Source of the DNA: Octopus sinensis
Lineage: Eukaryota
NCBI RefSeq assembly: GCF_006345805.1
Contig: NC_043001.1
Span: 85,312,001-85,376,000, forward strand
Direction of reading: 5' to 3'
Length of the DNA: 64,000 bases
Part shown: piece by piece, positions 1 to 13,192 of the stretch
Layout of the letters: each line of letters starts with the position of its first letter
Numbering within the stretch: the first letter of the stretch is position 1
Notes under the pieces: model-generated
What the model was told of the DNA's origin: nothing
Databases searched by the model: none
Seen by the model: the letters and a program-made list of their open reading frames with translations, nothing else
Translations under genes and position numbers: made by a program

Positions 1-215
1 CTTCCTTCTTTTCATTATTTTAGTCATTCGACTGTGGTCATGCTGGGACATGACCCTGAAGAGTTTAGTTAAAGAGATTGCAACCAGTACTGAGTTTTCG
101 AAATGTCTCGTACATATTCTATCTGTCTCGATCGCCGATACGATAAGTTACATTGATGTACATAAACGAACACCGACACATACACATCCGCGCACACACT
201 CACATATGTATAGTA

Positions 216-269
<54 letters not shown>

Positions 270-480
270 TGATTGATAGATAGATATATACATAGATAGG
301 TATATAGATAGATTGATAGATAGATAGATACGGCAAGCTTTTTCAGTTTTTATCAACCAGATCCACTCACAAGGCTCTGGTCTGCTCAGGGCTATCATTG
401 AAGACGTTACCACGCAGTAGGGCCCGAACACGGAACTATGTGGTTGGGAAGCAAACTTCTTGCTGCAGAGCAACAACCGT
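1..480 (-). mobile_element. Degenerate tRNA-derived SINE (family B here) with an internal (GATA)n expansion
   Basis: Both flanks match the reverse complement of better copies at 9270-9680 and 43930-44362 (ATCCACTCACAAGGCT, ATGTGGTTGG); a (GATA)n tract at ~215-330 sits in the internal microsatellite position. Confidence 0.7.
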
Positions 481-936
481 GCCTATATAGTCAAATAGTC
501 TCAGTTTCATACAGTACATATTGTTAATGTTACAAATTCATTTGAGACCGACTTTGCCTTTCATCCTTTCGAGATCGATAGAATAAGTACCAGTTGAGCA
601 CTGGGGTCGATGTAATCGACTTATCCCCTTCCTCCAAATTTCTGGCCTTTTGTAAAAATTTGAAACCAATGTTACTAATACGGTTTCGGTAGAGAAATGT
701 TGGAGGGGGATATATCGGTTGTGATAATGCCGTAGTACTCTTGTGAGGTTAGTATCGTTGACGTTTTCTGCTGGGAGCCTTTCTTAGGCTGCCATGCTCG
801 TTCATGTGGTACTTAGGTCAAAAGAATGCAAATGATTGTGATCTATAGAATTAGCAATCCGGATACATAAATCGTTTCGTGAATGATCGTTCATGTAGTC
901 TAAGTAGACTGAACATACTGTTTGTACATCATTGAA

Positions 937-1400
937 GGCGTCGAGCTGGCAGAAACGTTAGCACGCCGGGCGAAATGCTTCGCGGTATTTCGTCTGCCGC
1001 TATAATCGATTTAATCCATTTTTCTGTCCTTATTTGTCCTCTCTGTGTTTAGCCCCTTGTGGGTAGTAAAGACATAGGTATTTCGTCTGCCGCTATAATC
1101 GATTTAATCCGTTTTTCTGTCCTTATTTGTCCTCTCTGTGTTTAGCCCCTTGTGGGTAGTAAAGACATAGGTATTTCGTCTGCCGCTATAATCGATTTAA
1201 TCCGTTTTTCTGTCCTTATTTGTCCTCTCTGTGTTTAGCCCCTTGTGGGTAGTAAAGACATAGGTATTTCGTCTGCCGCTATGTTCTAAGTTCAAATTCC
1301 GCCGAGGTCGACTTTGCCTTTCATCCTTACGCACTGGTGTCGATATAATCGACTTAATCCGTTTGTCTGTCCTTATTTGTCCTCTTTGTGTTTAGCCCCT
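937..1400 (+). mobile_element. tRNA-derived SINE (family A) with three tandem 93-bp internally deleted units followed by a complete body
   Basis: Head GGCGTCGAGCTGGCAGAAACGTTAGCACGCCGGGCGAAATG; GGTATTTCGTCTGCCGCTA recurs at 984, 1077, 1170 and 1263; B-box-like GTTCAAATTCC at ~1291. Confidence 0.85.
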
Positions 1401-2124
1401 TGTGGGTAGTAAAGAAATGCACACTGTTTGTACATCAGTTATAAGGGTGACCATATAGGACACGCAGATGGGATGGTTGCAAACAGAACACAATAGTTTT
1501 ACCACCAAGACAACCACTGAGGTCATATGAACTTTTATAAATATAATGCTGTCTTTATTATTACTCTCCTTCCCGACTGATCAAAACATTACACAATTCC
1601 TTTGATGTTAGATTGTATTTGGTTTGATAGTGTCGTAGTGAGTTGGGATAAAATTTATATAAATGTTTCTGGTAAGTAGCGTGGCTGCTGTTGTTGCGTA
1701 ATCTCATGCCTGGCTTGATCTCTTACACATTTAAATCATACGATGTTGCTAGCATCGTCTGTTGTAATATCTACACATGATACTGCATTGAAGATTACTT
1801 AGACATGCCCCGCATTTTAGCAAAGGAGTGATTTAAATTGGATCAGGACAATTGTATTTGCTATAATATTATAGTACGAAATAGTGTCAGAGCAAACTTA
1901 TACTTGATATGATCTGTATTCAGAGAATAAAATAAATATTTTAGAATTTTAATCGACACAGTAGACACACCAGTGGTGGTCGTGAAACTGGCGTTGCTGT
2001 GTTGACTGTAATATTGTTTACAAGCACGAATAAGACGGCTAATGCGGTTAATTTGACAATAGGAATTAAGTAGCAAATATCTCATATATTTACACACACA
2101 CAGAGAGAGACACAGACACACAGA

Positions 2125-2228
2125 CACACACACACACACTCTCACACGACGCACACATACATACATATATATATATGTGTGTCTTTCTGCTTTCCGAATT
2201 TATTGCGTGACGAAGCTCTCCTTGCGAT

Positions 2229-2266
<38 letters not shown>

Positions 2267-2355
2267 GTATGTATGTGTGCGTCGTGTGAGAGTGTGTGTG
2301 TGTGTGTATCGCAAGGAGAGCTTCGTCACGCAATAAATTCGGAAAGCAGAAAGAC
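2125..2355. repeat. Nested inverted duplication A-(AB)rc-B
   Basis: 2181-2229 is the reverse complement of 2306-2355, and ~2125-2180 is the reverse complement of ~2230-2305. Confidence 0.9.
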
Positions 2356-2763
2356 GTAATAAAATGGTTTCAGGGTATAATCAAATCCATGCTGAGTGTC
2401 TTAATAGTGGCTTCAAATTTTGGCAAAGGCCAGTAATTTCGGGAAAGTAGGCTAGTCGATAACATCGATCTCAGTACTCAACTATTACTTCTTTTATTGG
2501 CCAAGAAATGATGAAAGATAAATTCGACCTCGAGGAATTTGAACTCAGTACGTAAAGACAGACGAAATGCCGGTAAGAATGTTGCCAGCGTGCTAACGAT
2601 TCTCTCAGCTAACTCGCCGTTCTTGACTGTGTTGATATTATTGTCTTCGTTGTACTATCTGATAAAATTGTATATGTGTATTTGTGTGTGTGTGAGTCTG
2701 ATTAGTTTATTCAATTAAATTAGTCACCGTGAAACTGGTATATATATATATATATAAATATAC

Positions 2764-2806
<43 letters not shown>

Positions 2807-2819
2807 CGTGTGTATGTTT

Positions 2820-3097
2820 TGTTTGTTCCTTATCGAGGCATGCCTGGCTCATAAGGGCCGGTTTCCGGGTTCCCCACCTGGATGGGACGCTGGCGCCTCG
2901 CAAGTGAGCTGCAAGATGCAAGAGGAAAGAGGGAAAGAAAGTCGCGGCGAAAGAGTCAGCAGAAGTTCGCCATTAGCCTCTGTCCGAGGCGAGAGGAGCT
3001 TAGGTGTTTCGCTCATAAACACACACACCGCCCGGTCTGAGATTCGAATCCCCGATCCCTCGACCGCGAGTCCGCTGCTCTAACCACTAGGCCATGT
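2820..3097 (-). mobile_element. GC-rich tRNA-derived SINE (distinct family)
   Basis: Minus strand reads TGGCCTAGTGGTTAGAGC (A box) ... GATTCGAATCTC (B box), then a non-tRNA body and a GGAAACCGGCCCTTATGAGCC...AACAAACAAAAC tail. Confidence 0.75.
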
Positions 3098-3118
3098 GCA
3101 TTCACACACATACACACA

Positions 3119-3158
<40 letters not shown>

Positions 3159-3207
3159 CATACATACATACATACACATATATACATATATTTTTTTATT
3201 GCCCACT

Positions 3208-3242
<35 letters not shown>

Positions 3243-3342
3243 TGCTGTGATAACAGACATAGAAATACTATGTGTATTGACAATCATTCTCTTATAAATA
3301 TATGTTTGTATTACCTTTTGCCTTTTCTATTGTTTCAAACAG

Positions 3343-3507
3343 ATGACCATGGCTGATATGATGTGCTACTGCGCCCTAGAAAACCCAATGATGGAAGACT
3401 CCTCTTTCCTGAACAGCTACCCCAAAATACGGGCTCTTAGAGAACGCGTCATGACACATTCCAAAATGTCCCACTACTTGAAGAAGAGATGCCGTACCGA
3501 TTTCTAA
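3343..3507 (+). CDS. S-crystallin (sigma-class GST-derived lens protein), final coding exon
   Basis: Polypyrimidine tract and AG at 3341-3342, then [54 protein letters not shown], the characteristic cephalopod S-crystallin C-terminus. Upstream exons were not found in 1-3340. Confidence 0.95.
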   Translation: MTMADMMCYCALENPMMEDSSFLNSYPKIRALRERVMTHSKMSHYLKKRCRTDF

Positions 3508-3775
3508 TGGAACACAAATGAATACAAATGATATGCAGCCTCAAACAACCTCCTGACTCCTTCACTAGTTAATCGATATGTTATCTACTAAATAATATAT
3601 ACATGCATATATATATACATCTATATATATATATATATATATATACATATATATGTATACATATATATACATATAGACACATATATGTATATATATACTC
3701 ACATACATATATAGATATACATGTATGTATACATATACAAATATATATACATAGACACGCACATATATATAGTAC

Positions 3776-3808
<33 letters not shown>

Positions 3809-3828
3809 ATACATATGTAATAATAATG

Positions 3829-3862
<34 letters not shown>

Positions 3863-3978
3863 TAGATATATATTTCCTGAATAGCTAACGCGCGAAACAG
3901 AATTTATCATAGTTGGACACCTTCAAAATAAACACTCATACATATATGTGAAAATGCGTATATTATGTTGTGTAGGCA

Positions 3979-4048
<70 letters not shown>

Positions 4049-4399
4049 TACGCATACATCGCTTGGTATAAACATAGCAAGCACATATAGGTCTCTTCGT
4101 CGCAAGTTATCTCATTCACACTTATGCAGAATTTTTTTTGTTTTTCAAAGAAGACACCGCAAGAACTACATTGTTGGTTTGAATTCCAAAATGGAAATTC
4201 CAGATGTCTTCATACCATATCAATCAGGACATTGTAAAGAATTGTCTGCAGAACTAATGCTTGGTTTTTTCTTTCCTATGAGTGATTATTATGGAAATAA
4301 AGTTGTGTTAAACTGTCATTCTTGCTGTTTTGTGTCTCTCTGGGCAATAACGAATTAAACTACTTCTCTGACAGGAATGCAGACATAGAGGAGAATAAG

Positions 4400-4447
4400 G
4401 TACTGATGATAATGATGATGATTATGTTGTTGTTGATGATGATGATA

Positions 4448-4479
<32 letters not shown>

Positions 4480-4658
4480 GGTAGTGGTGGTGGTTGTGGT
4501 GGTGGTTGTGATGGTGGTGGTGGTAATGGTGATGGTGGTGCTTGAGCTGATGGTGACGAATATGGTGAGTTTGGTGGCGGTGGTACTGTTAGACATTAAT
4601 GATCATAATGCTGACGCTGAAGATGTTCGTGGTGGTGATAATAATGATGACGACGACG

Positions 4659-4725
<67 letters not shown>

Positions 4726-5073
4726 CGACGACGACGGCGATGATGGCGAGGATGGTAGTCATAATCGTAGTACTAGTCTAGATGGTACTTCAGTTGCTGC
4801 TCATTACGAACGATGGCAAAAGAAAAATGTGACGGATTCAAATTCCCAAGATACAAAAAACAGTTATATTCAAAGCAGTGAAAATAGAATCTCACATTGA
4901 TAAAGTTTTTTTTTTTTGCTCAGAGTGATGATTGTGACGACGACGACGACGATCATGACATTGACGATGACTACGATGATGATGTATACGATGATGATGA
5001 TGATGAGGATGAGGATGATGATTATGGTGATGAAGATGATATTGATGATGATGGTGAAGATGATGATGGTGAA

Positions 5074-5127
<54 letters not shown>

Positions 5128-5240
5128 GGTGGTTGTGGTGGTGGTGGTCGTGATGATGATGATGGTAAGGACGGTGTAGTGGTGTTAGTGGTAGCTGCAT
5201 GGTGGAAGTGGTGGTGGTGGAGGTGTTCGTGGTGGTGAAT
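4400..5240. repeat. Compound (GAT)n/(GGT)n/(GAC)n trinucleotide low-complexity blocks
   Basis: Two visible mosaics at ~4400-4760 and ~4925-5240; they generate the poly-D/M/V/H ORFs. Confidence 0.95.
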
Positions 5241-5300
5241 TAAAAGAGTGTTTGTGATTTAGCGAGATCGCAATGGCTGAGAAATTTACGTTTGTCCAAA

Positions 5301-5880
5301 GGCGGTGAGCTAGCAGAAACATTAGCACGCCGGGCGAAAAGCTTAGAGGTATTACGTCTGTCGATACATTCTGAGTTCAAATTCCGCCGAGGTCGACTTT
5401 GCCTTTCATCCTTTCGGGGTTGATAAATTAAGTACCAATCACACACTGGGGTCGATGTAATCGACTTAATCCGTGTGTCTGTCCTTGTTTGTCCCCTCTT
5501 TGTTTAGCCCCTTGTGGTTAGTAAAGAAATAGGCATTTCGTCTGCTTTTACGTTCTGAGTTCTAATTCCGCCGAGGTCCACTTTGCCTTTCATCCTTTCG
5601 GGTCGATAAATTAAGTACCAGTTACGCACTGGTTTGTCCCCTCTATGTTTAGCCCTTTGTGGGCAATAAAGAAATAAGAGACGTTAGCACGACGGGCGAA
5701 ATGTTTAACGGTATTACATCTGTCTTTACGTTTTGAGTTCAAATTCCACCGTGGTCGACTTTGCCTTTCATCCTTTCAGGGTCGATAAATTAAATACCAG
5801 TTGCGTACTGGGGTCGATGTAATCGACTAGCTCCCGCCCTACAAAATATTAGGCCTTGTGCCTCGAGTAGAAAAAAGAAG
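5301..5880 (+). mobile_element. Family A SINE multimer (three partial tandem bodies)
   Basis: Head at 5301; body restarts at 5532 directly after AAAGAAATA; a third unit starts at ~5676. Confidence 0.85.
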
Positions 5881-6467
5881 ATTTGTTAAACGCCGGACAA
5901 ACTTGCATTTCCTCTTGCTATATTTTCTGAGTTCAAATTCCGCCGAGGTAGACTTTGCCTTTCATGTTTTTGAGGTTAATAAAAATAAGTACCATTTGCC
6001 CACTGAAATCGCTATATTTCAGGCCGTGTACCTATAGTAGAATTTATATTTGTTCATATAAGTGAGAAAATATCTAATCACTTTAATCCTTCAAGCCACT
6101 GATTTGCCATCTTCTAGGTTCAAGCAAATTACTCGTACCTCTCCTAATTAGCAACCATTAATCAAGCCATGCTCTTATACCTCACAAATGCTTCGCGGTA
6201 TTTCTTCCAGCTTTACGTATTGAATTCAAATTCCGCCAAGGTTGAGTTTGCTTTTCACCGTTTCAGGGTCGGAAAAACAAGCACAACTTGTGCTCTTGGG
6301 TCGATATAATCAACTAGCACATTCACCAAATATTCCAGGTCTCGTACCGAGAGCACAAAGGAGTATTTTTTGATAAATGTTAATGAAAACCCATATAAGT
6401 ACTCCAGTGTTCAATCACATGTGCTCACAAAATTATGCAAATACAACCATCATCATTTTTTACAATA

Positions 6468-6830
6468 TTGACGGATGTTTGTCCTCATCCTGTTCGCTGT
6501 TCACACGACGCTTCGGCTGATATACCCTCCTGCCTTCATCAGGTGTCTTGGGGAAATTTCGAACCTGGGTTCTCATTCCTAAGGCATTTTTCGATGTTAT
6601 TATTATTATCATCATCATCACCATCATCTTTATTATTATTATTCAGGTCATTGCCTGGAATCGAACTCGAAATCTTGGAGTTAGTAGCTTGCGCTCTTAA
6701 CCACTACGCCATATGTCCGTCAAATGTACATAATATAAATAATGTACATAATATAAATAATATACATAAATATATATAAATAATGTACATAATTCCTGAT
6801 CTCTTAAATATAGAACTGAATCATTATCAT
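6468..6830 (-). mobile_element. tRNA-headed short element carrying a hammerhead-like motif, apparently partly inverted
   Basis: Minus strand from 6718: GGACATATGGCGTAGTGGTTAAGAGC (A box) ... GAGTTCGATTCCAGG (B box), an (AAT/GAT)n linker, then the CTGATGA...GAA motif at 6503-6546. Confidence 0.7.
6503..6546 (-). ncRNA. Degenerate minimal type I hammerhead ribozyme motif
   Basis: ACAC-CTGATGAA-GGCAG gagggtatat CAGCC-GAAG-CG-TC-GTGT. Helix I is ACAC/GTGT; helix II is GGCAG/CAGCC with one mismatch; GAAA is mutated to GAAG. Confidence 0.6.
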
Positions 6831-7069
6831 TGTCATCATTAGTTAATGTCCGTTGTCCGTGGGCTAGAATGGTTTGACCAGAGTTGGAAAGCTGGATCAA
6901 CCAACAATTTGATTGCCATGGTTTCTACTGCTGGATGTCCTTCCTAACGCGAACCACTTTACAGAGTGCGCTGGTTGCTTTTACGTGGTAACACACAGGT
7001 GCTTCGACACGGCAACAGCACGAGTGCTTTTTATGTGGCCCCGGCACAAGATGCTTGCAAAGTAGGACC

Positions 7070-7290
7070 TTAGCACTTCTGCTGTGGAGTACGAGTCTTC
7101 TTGAATTCAGCAAGATGCCAGGCATTTTGGTCCTTTGCCATCTCGTCTGAAAGATTCGGCATCCAGATGTCATCCTCCATTACTTGGTCCCATGTCTTCT
7201 TCGGTTTCCCTCATCCGCCTGTCCCATCTACTCTGAGAGATCACCTCTTCTTTATGGAGGCGTCGGCATCCATCTGCATCACATGGCAAT
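7070..7290 (-). mobile_element. RTE-clade LINE 3' coding fragment (decayed)
   Basis: Minus translation SLRVDGTGG*GKPKKTWDQVMEDDIWMPNLSDEMAKDQNAW matches the RTE ORF C-terminal G.R.RGRPKKTW...D...W pattern. Confidence 0.65.
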
Positions 7291-8552
7291 ACAGAAATAT
7301 ATTAGCTACATGAAATTACATGTGTCACACAAATATCTGTCTTTTTTCTTCTATCCTGTATTTAATACATGTTTCAGACATTGGCCTGCGGTCATGCGGG
7401 GACACCGCCTTGAAAGATTTTCATCGAACGAATTGATGCCAGTACACTTTTACAGAAGCCTGGTCCTTATTCTATCTGTCAACTCATGTCGAACCGCTCA
7501 TCAACGGGGATGTAAACAAACCAAAACCAGTTGTCAATCGATGACGGTGTACAAAAACAAACGTGTGCGCTCACACTCACACACGCGCGTGCACGCGTCT
7601 ACTCACGAGATTTTGGGCGGCCCGGGGCTATAGTAGAAAACACTTGCCTAAATTGCTACGCAGTGGACCTGACCTGGGAACCTTGTGTTAGGGAAAGAAA
7701 CTTCTTGTATAATAATATAGCTAAATAATTTATTTTTACACCGGGAAACAGAAGTTGTATAAGTTTTACCCTAAATAGACTGATAAATAAATATTTAACT
7801 GTTCGGTTAATTTATAAAACTTAGATGATATTTATTAAGCCAAACCAAGGTAGTGATTTGACAGAATCATTTGCGAACCAAGTAGAATGAGTAGTGATAT
7901 TTAGTCTGTCTTTGCGTTCTGGGTTCAAATTCCACCAATGTCAACTTCACATTTAATCCATTCTTGATGGATAAAATAAGTACCAGTTGAATACTAGGGT
8001 CCATTTCATCGACTTATCCCTCTGCTAGCATTGTGCCAAAATTTTCAAACCATTTGCGGCGGGACAATCGTTCATACGCCGGGCAAAAAGTGCCTTCCAT
8101 CAGCCTTGACGTTTTGAATTCAAATCCTGCCTTTCATTCTTTTGAGGTCCATAAAATATGTAACAATTGAATTCTGTGGTTGACATAATCAACTTACACC
8201 CCCACCCCCTTAAAAGTGCTGGCCTTGTGCCAAAATTTAAATCCAGTGTTTATTAACCCAAACTTGTACTCCAGCGTGGCCGCAATCAAAGGACTGAAAC
8301 AAATGAAAGAATAAAAGAATTTAAGGATTTTCAAACGCTAATTTTAGCATTTTCGAATTTAAAGCTTCCAAAACATTCCAGTATTAAAGTTCTTCTGTTT
8401 TTGACATGGCTGTATAATGCAATTTCCTAAATATAGGTATTTTCAGCTGTGTTGAATCAAAAGTAAAATGTCTGGGTCAGTACACTTGTGCTTAAAATTG
8501 ATGGCTTCAGACGGTTATATACAGAAAAGCTACGCTGTTTAACATAAATACG

Positions 8553-8873
8553 GTGAGGGCGCGTGGCTTAGTGGTTAGGGCATTCGGCTCATGATCGTAA
8601 GGTTGTGAGTTCGATTCCCGGCGACGCGTTGTGTCCTTGAGCAAGACACTTTATTTCACGTTGCTCCAGTCCACTCAGCTGGCAAAAATGAGTTGTACTT
8701 GTATTTCAAAGGGTCAGCCTTGTCACTCTCTGTGTCACGCTGATTTTCCCCGAGAACTACGTTAAGGGTACACGTGTCTGTGGAATGCTCAGCCATTTGC
8801 ACGTTAATTTCACGAGCAAGCTGTTCCGTTGATCGTATCAGCTGGGACCCTCGTCGTCGTAACCGGCGGAGTC
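8553..8873 (+). mobile_element. Full-length tRNA-derived SINE with a 15-bp target-site duplication
   Basis: A box TGGCTTAGTGG and B box GTTCGATTCC; TTTAACATAAATACG flanks it at 8538-8552 and 8874-8888. Confidence 0.9.
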
Positions 8874-9269
8874 TTTAACATAAATACGACATATACACCT
8901 TAATATACATGCACATATAATTCACATGTGTAGATAAAAGAAATTCTTTAAACGGCCAAATCGAAGGATGTAAAGTAAAGACCATGAAGAAACTGCACCG
9001 GTTTTATAGTCGGGTTGCTATTGCAACGGTTGCTAATCGGTGCAATTGAAACATGCGTTGGTCTATGTAAAGTTGTATATAAATTAAAGAATTAATGATA
9101 ATGCTATGCAACTTCTTAGTAATCTTTATTATTAATAGTGTTTATATATATGTGTGTGAGTGTGTATTTATATGCACAAACATGTGTGAGTGGTTGTGAG
9201 TGTGTAATTGTATAACAGTATTCAGGTATATATGCTTCTAACCATCTAAATTCAACCATCCAAATACAT

Positions 9270-9680
9270 ATATAGGTCTAGGAGAGGGTGTGTTGTAAGT
9301 AGCTTGCTTACGAACCACATGGTTCCGGGTTCAGTCCATTTGCGTAGCACCTTGGGCAAGTGTCTTCTACTATAGCCTCCGGTCGACCAATGAGTGGATT
9401 TGATAGACGGAAACTGAAAGACGCCCGTCGTATATATGCATATATATATATATATATGTATGTGTGTGTCTGTATACATGTTTGTGTCTGCGTTTGTCAC
9501 CCCAATATCGCTTGACAACCGATGCTGGTGTGTTTACGTCCCCGTAACTTAGCGGTTCGGCAAAAGATACCAATAGAATAAGTACTAGGCTTGCAAAGAA
9601 TACGTCCTGGGGTCGATTTGCTCGACTAAAGGCGGTGCTCCAGCATGGCCACAGTCAAGTGACTGAAACAAGTAAAAGAG
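9270..9680 (+). mobile_element. Family B tRNA-derived SINE, near full length
   Basis: GTGTTGTAAGTAGCTTGCTTACGAACCACATGGTTCCGGGTTCAGTCC head, internal (TA/TG)n, tail GACTGAAACAAGTAAAAGAG; homologous to 31445-31840, 31870-32215 and 43930-44362. Confidence 0.85.
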
Positions 9681-10941
9681 TATACACACACACACACACG
9701 CACGCACACACACACACGCACACACACACACACGCACACGCACACACACGTTTAATACTTTTATTTCGAGTATACACCTTGCTTTATGGTGTTTAAAGCC
9801 CCTTCATCGGATTAGGATACCTGATGTGAACAACAGCTTGGAGGTATATAGTACTGGATTTACTTCAGGAACCGTTTTTTCACCGTACATTTTGTAAAAG
9901 TTATCAAAGAAATGAAAGAGAATTCATGTTACACTGTCTTGAGAACCACTACGACTATTTCAACCCATCATGCATCGGTACCTCACAGGGTTGATGCTTT
10001 ACGACCAATTATCATGCATTCTCGGTGTAGATGTGTCTCCTCAGGTGACTTTTGACAAAGCGGCTATTTTTAAATTTACCGTTTCGTTTATTTTCATTAC
10101 AATACATTTTTTGAAAGAACAGCGACCACTCGTCTCCTTTAGGATCTCAAATGTAATGAAGATCTCTTTTATATATGCAATAAAGCAAAGCGTACTACGA
10201 TAAAAGAATAAGTAATCAAAAAATAAAATGAATAAATCAAATAAAATTACACCGACAATGCTCAGAGTAGAACAAAACAACAATCGGACATTATAGCGAC
10301 TTCTAAATTTCATTAGAATAAATAATTTAATATACACACGCACGCACACACTTGTGAGGACGCATGACCCAGCGGTTAGAGTGCTGTAATCACAGTCGCT
10401 ATATCGTCGTTTCAATTCCTAAACGGGTGGTGCGCTATATTCTTGAGCAAAACATTCATCTTACTTTGCTCTGCTATCACTTCAACACTTGGTCTTGGTG
10501 GCCAGGACGCTATAGTAGCAGATACCACAGGCACCACGGAGTAACAGGGAACCCGGAACAGTGAGGTTGTGTGTGTGTGTGTGTGTGTGCGTGTGTGTGT
10601 GTTTGTGTGTGTGTGTGTTTGTGTGTGTGTGAATGTGAGGTGTCTCATTATAGCTTGACATCCGGTGTTGGTGTGTTTAGGTCGCTTATAACTTAACAGT
10701 TCGCGTTAAAATGAAAATACGCACTAGGGTGGATTACACAAACTAAAATTCTTCAAGGATGTGCCCCAGCATGGTCGTGACCTCCTGGAACAAACTAAAA
10801 AGAAAAGGAACATACATATACACTGAAAGACACACGCATAATTGTCTGTATTATATATTAATGCTTCTGTCATTAAGTAGAAGGAAGTATGCCAATATTT
10901 CGAAGTCACTTCTTCCTTGTAAACACATGCGTATCTATCTA

Positions 10942-11290
<349 letters not shown>

Positions 11291-11644
11291 ACACACAAAC
11301 ACATATATAAACTTCACTTACTTTTCAGTAAGAAACTCACCGTATACACTTACATTCCTTATTTCTAGAACATCTGTACGCAAACATCTACAACATAATT
11401 ATAGATATATCCCAGTGTATTATACACGCACAAAGCATTATTATCTAATGTTTATTCTCATCACGTATTATCTAGTAATTGTCTTCCACTCTTCCTCCCA
11501 CATCCACCTCTATATTCATATACCTCTTCAGTTGCTTTTTTTCCCCCTTTCATTTCTTATATCATTTGTCACAAGGCATTTCGCTGATTCCATAAATGTC
11601 TTTAACATCCGCCATTTTGAATATCTAGTGTTTCTCTTCAATCT

Positions 11645-11659
11645 CTTCTTCTTCTTCTT

Positions 11660-11745
<86 letters not shown>

Positions 11746-11780
11746 GATTGTTATTATTATTATTATCATTATTATTATTC
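11645..11780. repeat. (TTC)n(TTA)n compound microsatellite
   Basis: Direct reading. Confidence 0.95.
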
Positions 11781-12728
11781 TAATCATAATATCTTGTTTA
11801 ACAAATGAAGGAAACCTGAAGTGATAAGATACAAATTAGGTTAGACGTCTTTCGCTTTTTTTTCTTTTCCTTTTTGGCTCTGTAATTTATCTTTTTATAT
11901 TTGTATGGAAATTTGTTCGACGGCTTAATCAATTATAGTGACTCAATGAAGTTATATTTGATCAGTTGTATGTGAATATCTATTTCGGCTGTGTAATAAT
12001 AGATTGACAAAGAGATCAGTGGATTCCCTTGATAATTAATAATTGAAAATCACAGAATCCGCCCACATATCACACAGATAAACATAAACAGACAGATACG
12101 GAGATTCGTCACGCATGTACGCATATATAAGCACACACATATGCACATTCATATGTATATAGTTATGTGCATACATTCGTATATAAATATCATAAGTATA
12201 TATACATATGTAGATACACAAAACCTTTACACAAACACTCATATATATATATATATATATATGCACACGCACACCTACAGATATACATACATAGGTGCCT
12301 CTGTCTAGGTGTGTAGTTATATTTCTCATTAATATTCGTCATAATTGTTTTTAGCTTCAACTGCCATCGATTTCGAGGTCTGTGCAAACTTTCTTCTCTC
12401 ACACTCAGATTATTATGTTTGGTAAATTATATTTACATTTTAGGGAGACCTTCACAGAACATGTTATGGTTGTATACACCCCATTCCTCTTCACCATAAC
12501 TTCCTACAATTTGATGTATAGAGTGACCTTTTCTACAGGAGACACACTGTAGTGACCCATCCACTACATTAACCCTCATAGATAAATATTATTGAGACGA
12601 AATTTAAGACAGCTGCCTGAAATCTGGGTCACATATTTTGAGTTGCCATTTCCTAATCTACCTTGTTTGTTACGCATCTTATGTGCAGTTCCTAAACTAC
12701 AAATTCACACAACTCCTAGCGAGATGTA

Positions 12729-12817
<89 letters not shown>

Positions 12818-12829
12818 TTGACTGTTATA

Positions 12830-13192
12830 AAAGTAGATGCCCCCTTTGGTCATGAATGACCATGGAATTGCTCTTTAAGAGGTTGTTTATAGTAGACCAG
12901 CAGTCGCCCATGCATACAAGTTTCCCCTCTCCACGCCACTGATGTTATCGAAAGGAAAAGCAAAAGCCGATACAGCTTGGCACCAATGGCGTCGCAATAC
13001 ATTTCAACAGCTGAGTGAAATAAAGTGACTTGCCGTGAACAAAATGCACAACTTAGTATCGAAATTACGACCTTATGATAGTGAACCGAAATAAATCGTC
13101 TTGCTCAGAACACAATACAGAGCTCGATCCGGGAATCGGACTCACTACCTCATGGTTGTGAGCCGGACGCTCCAACCACTGAGCCATCCGAG
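12830..13192 (-). mobile_element. tRNA-derived SINE (family C)
   Basis: Minus head TGGCTCAGTGGTTGGAGCGTCCGGCTCACAACCATGAGGTAGTGAGTCCGATTCCCGG; body homologous to 40480-40790 (-) and 25930-26100 (+). Confidence 0.8.

Noticed and set aside
984-1263. Regular 93-bp repeats as a CRISPR-like array
   Set aside because: No unique spacers, units are SINE-derived, eukaryotic context, no cas genes.
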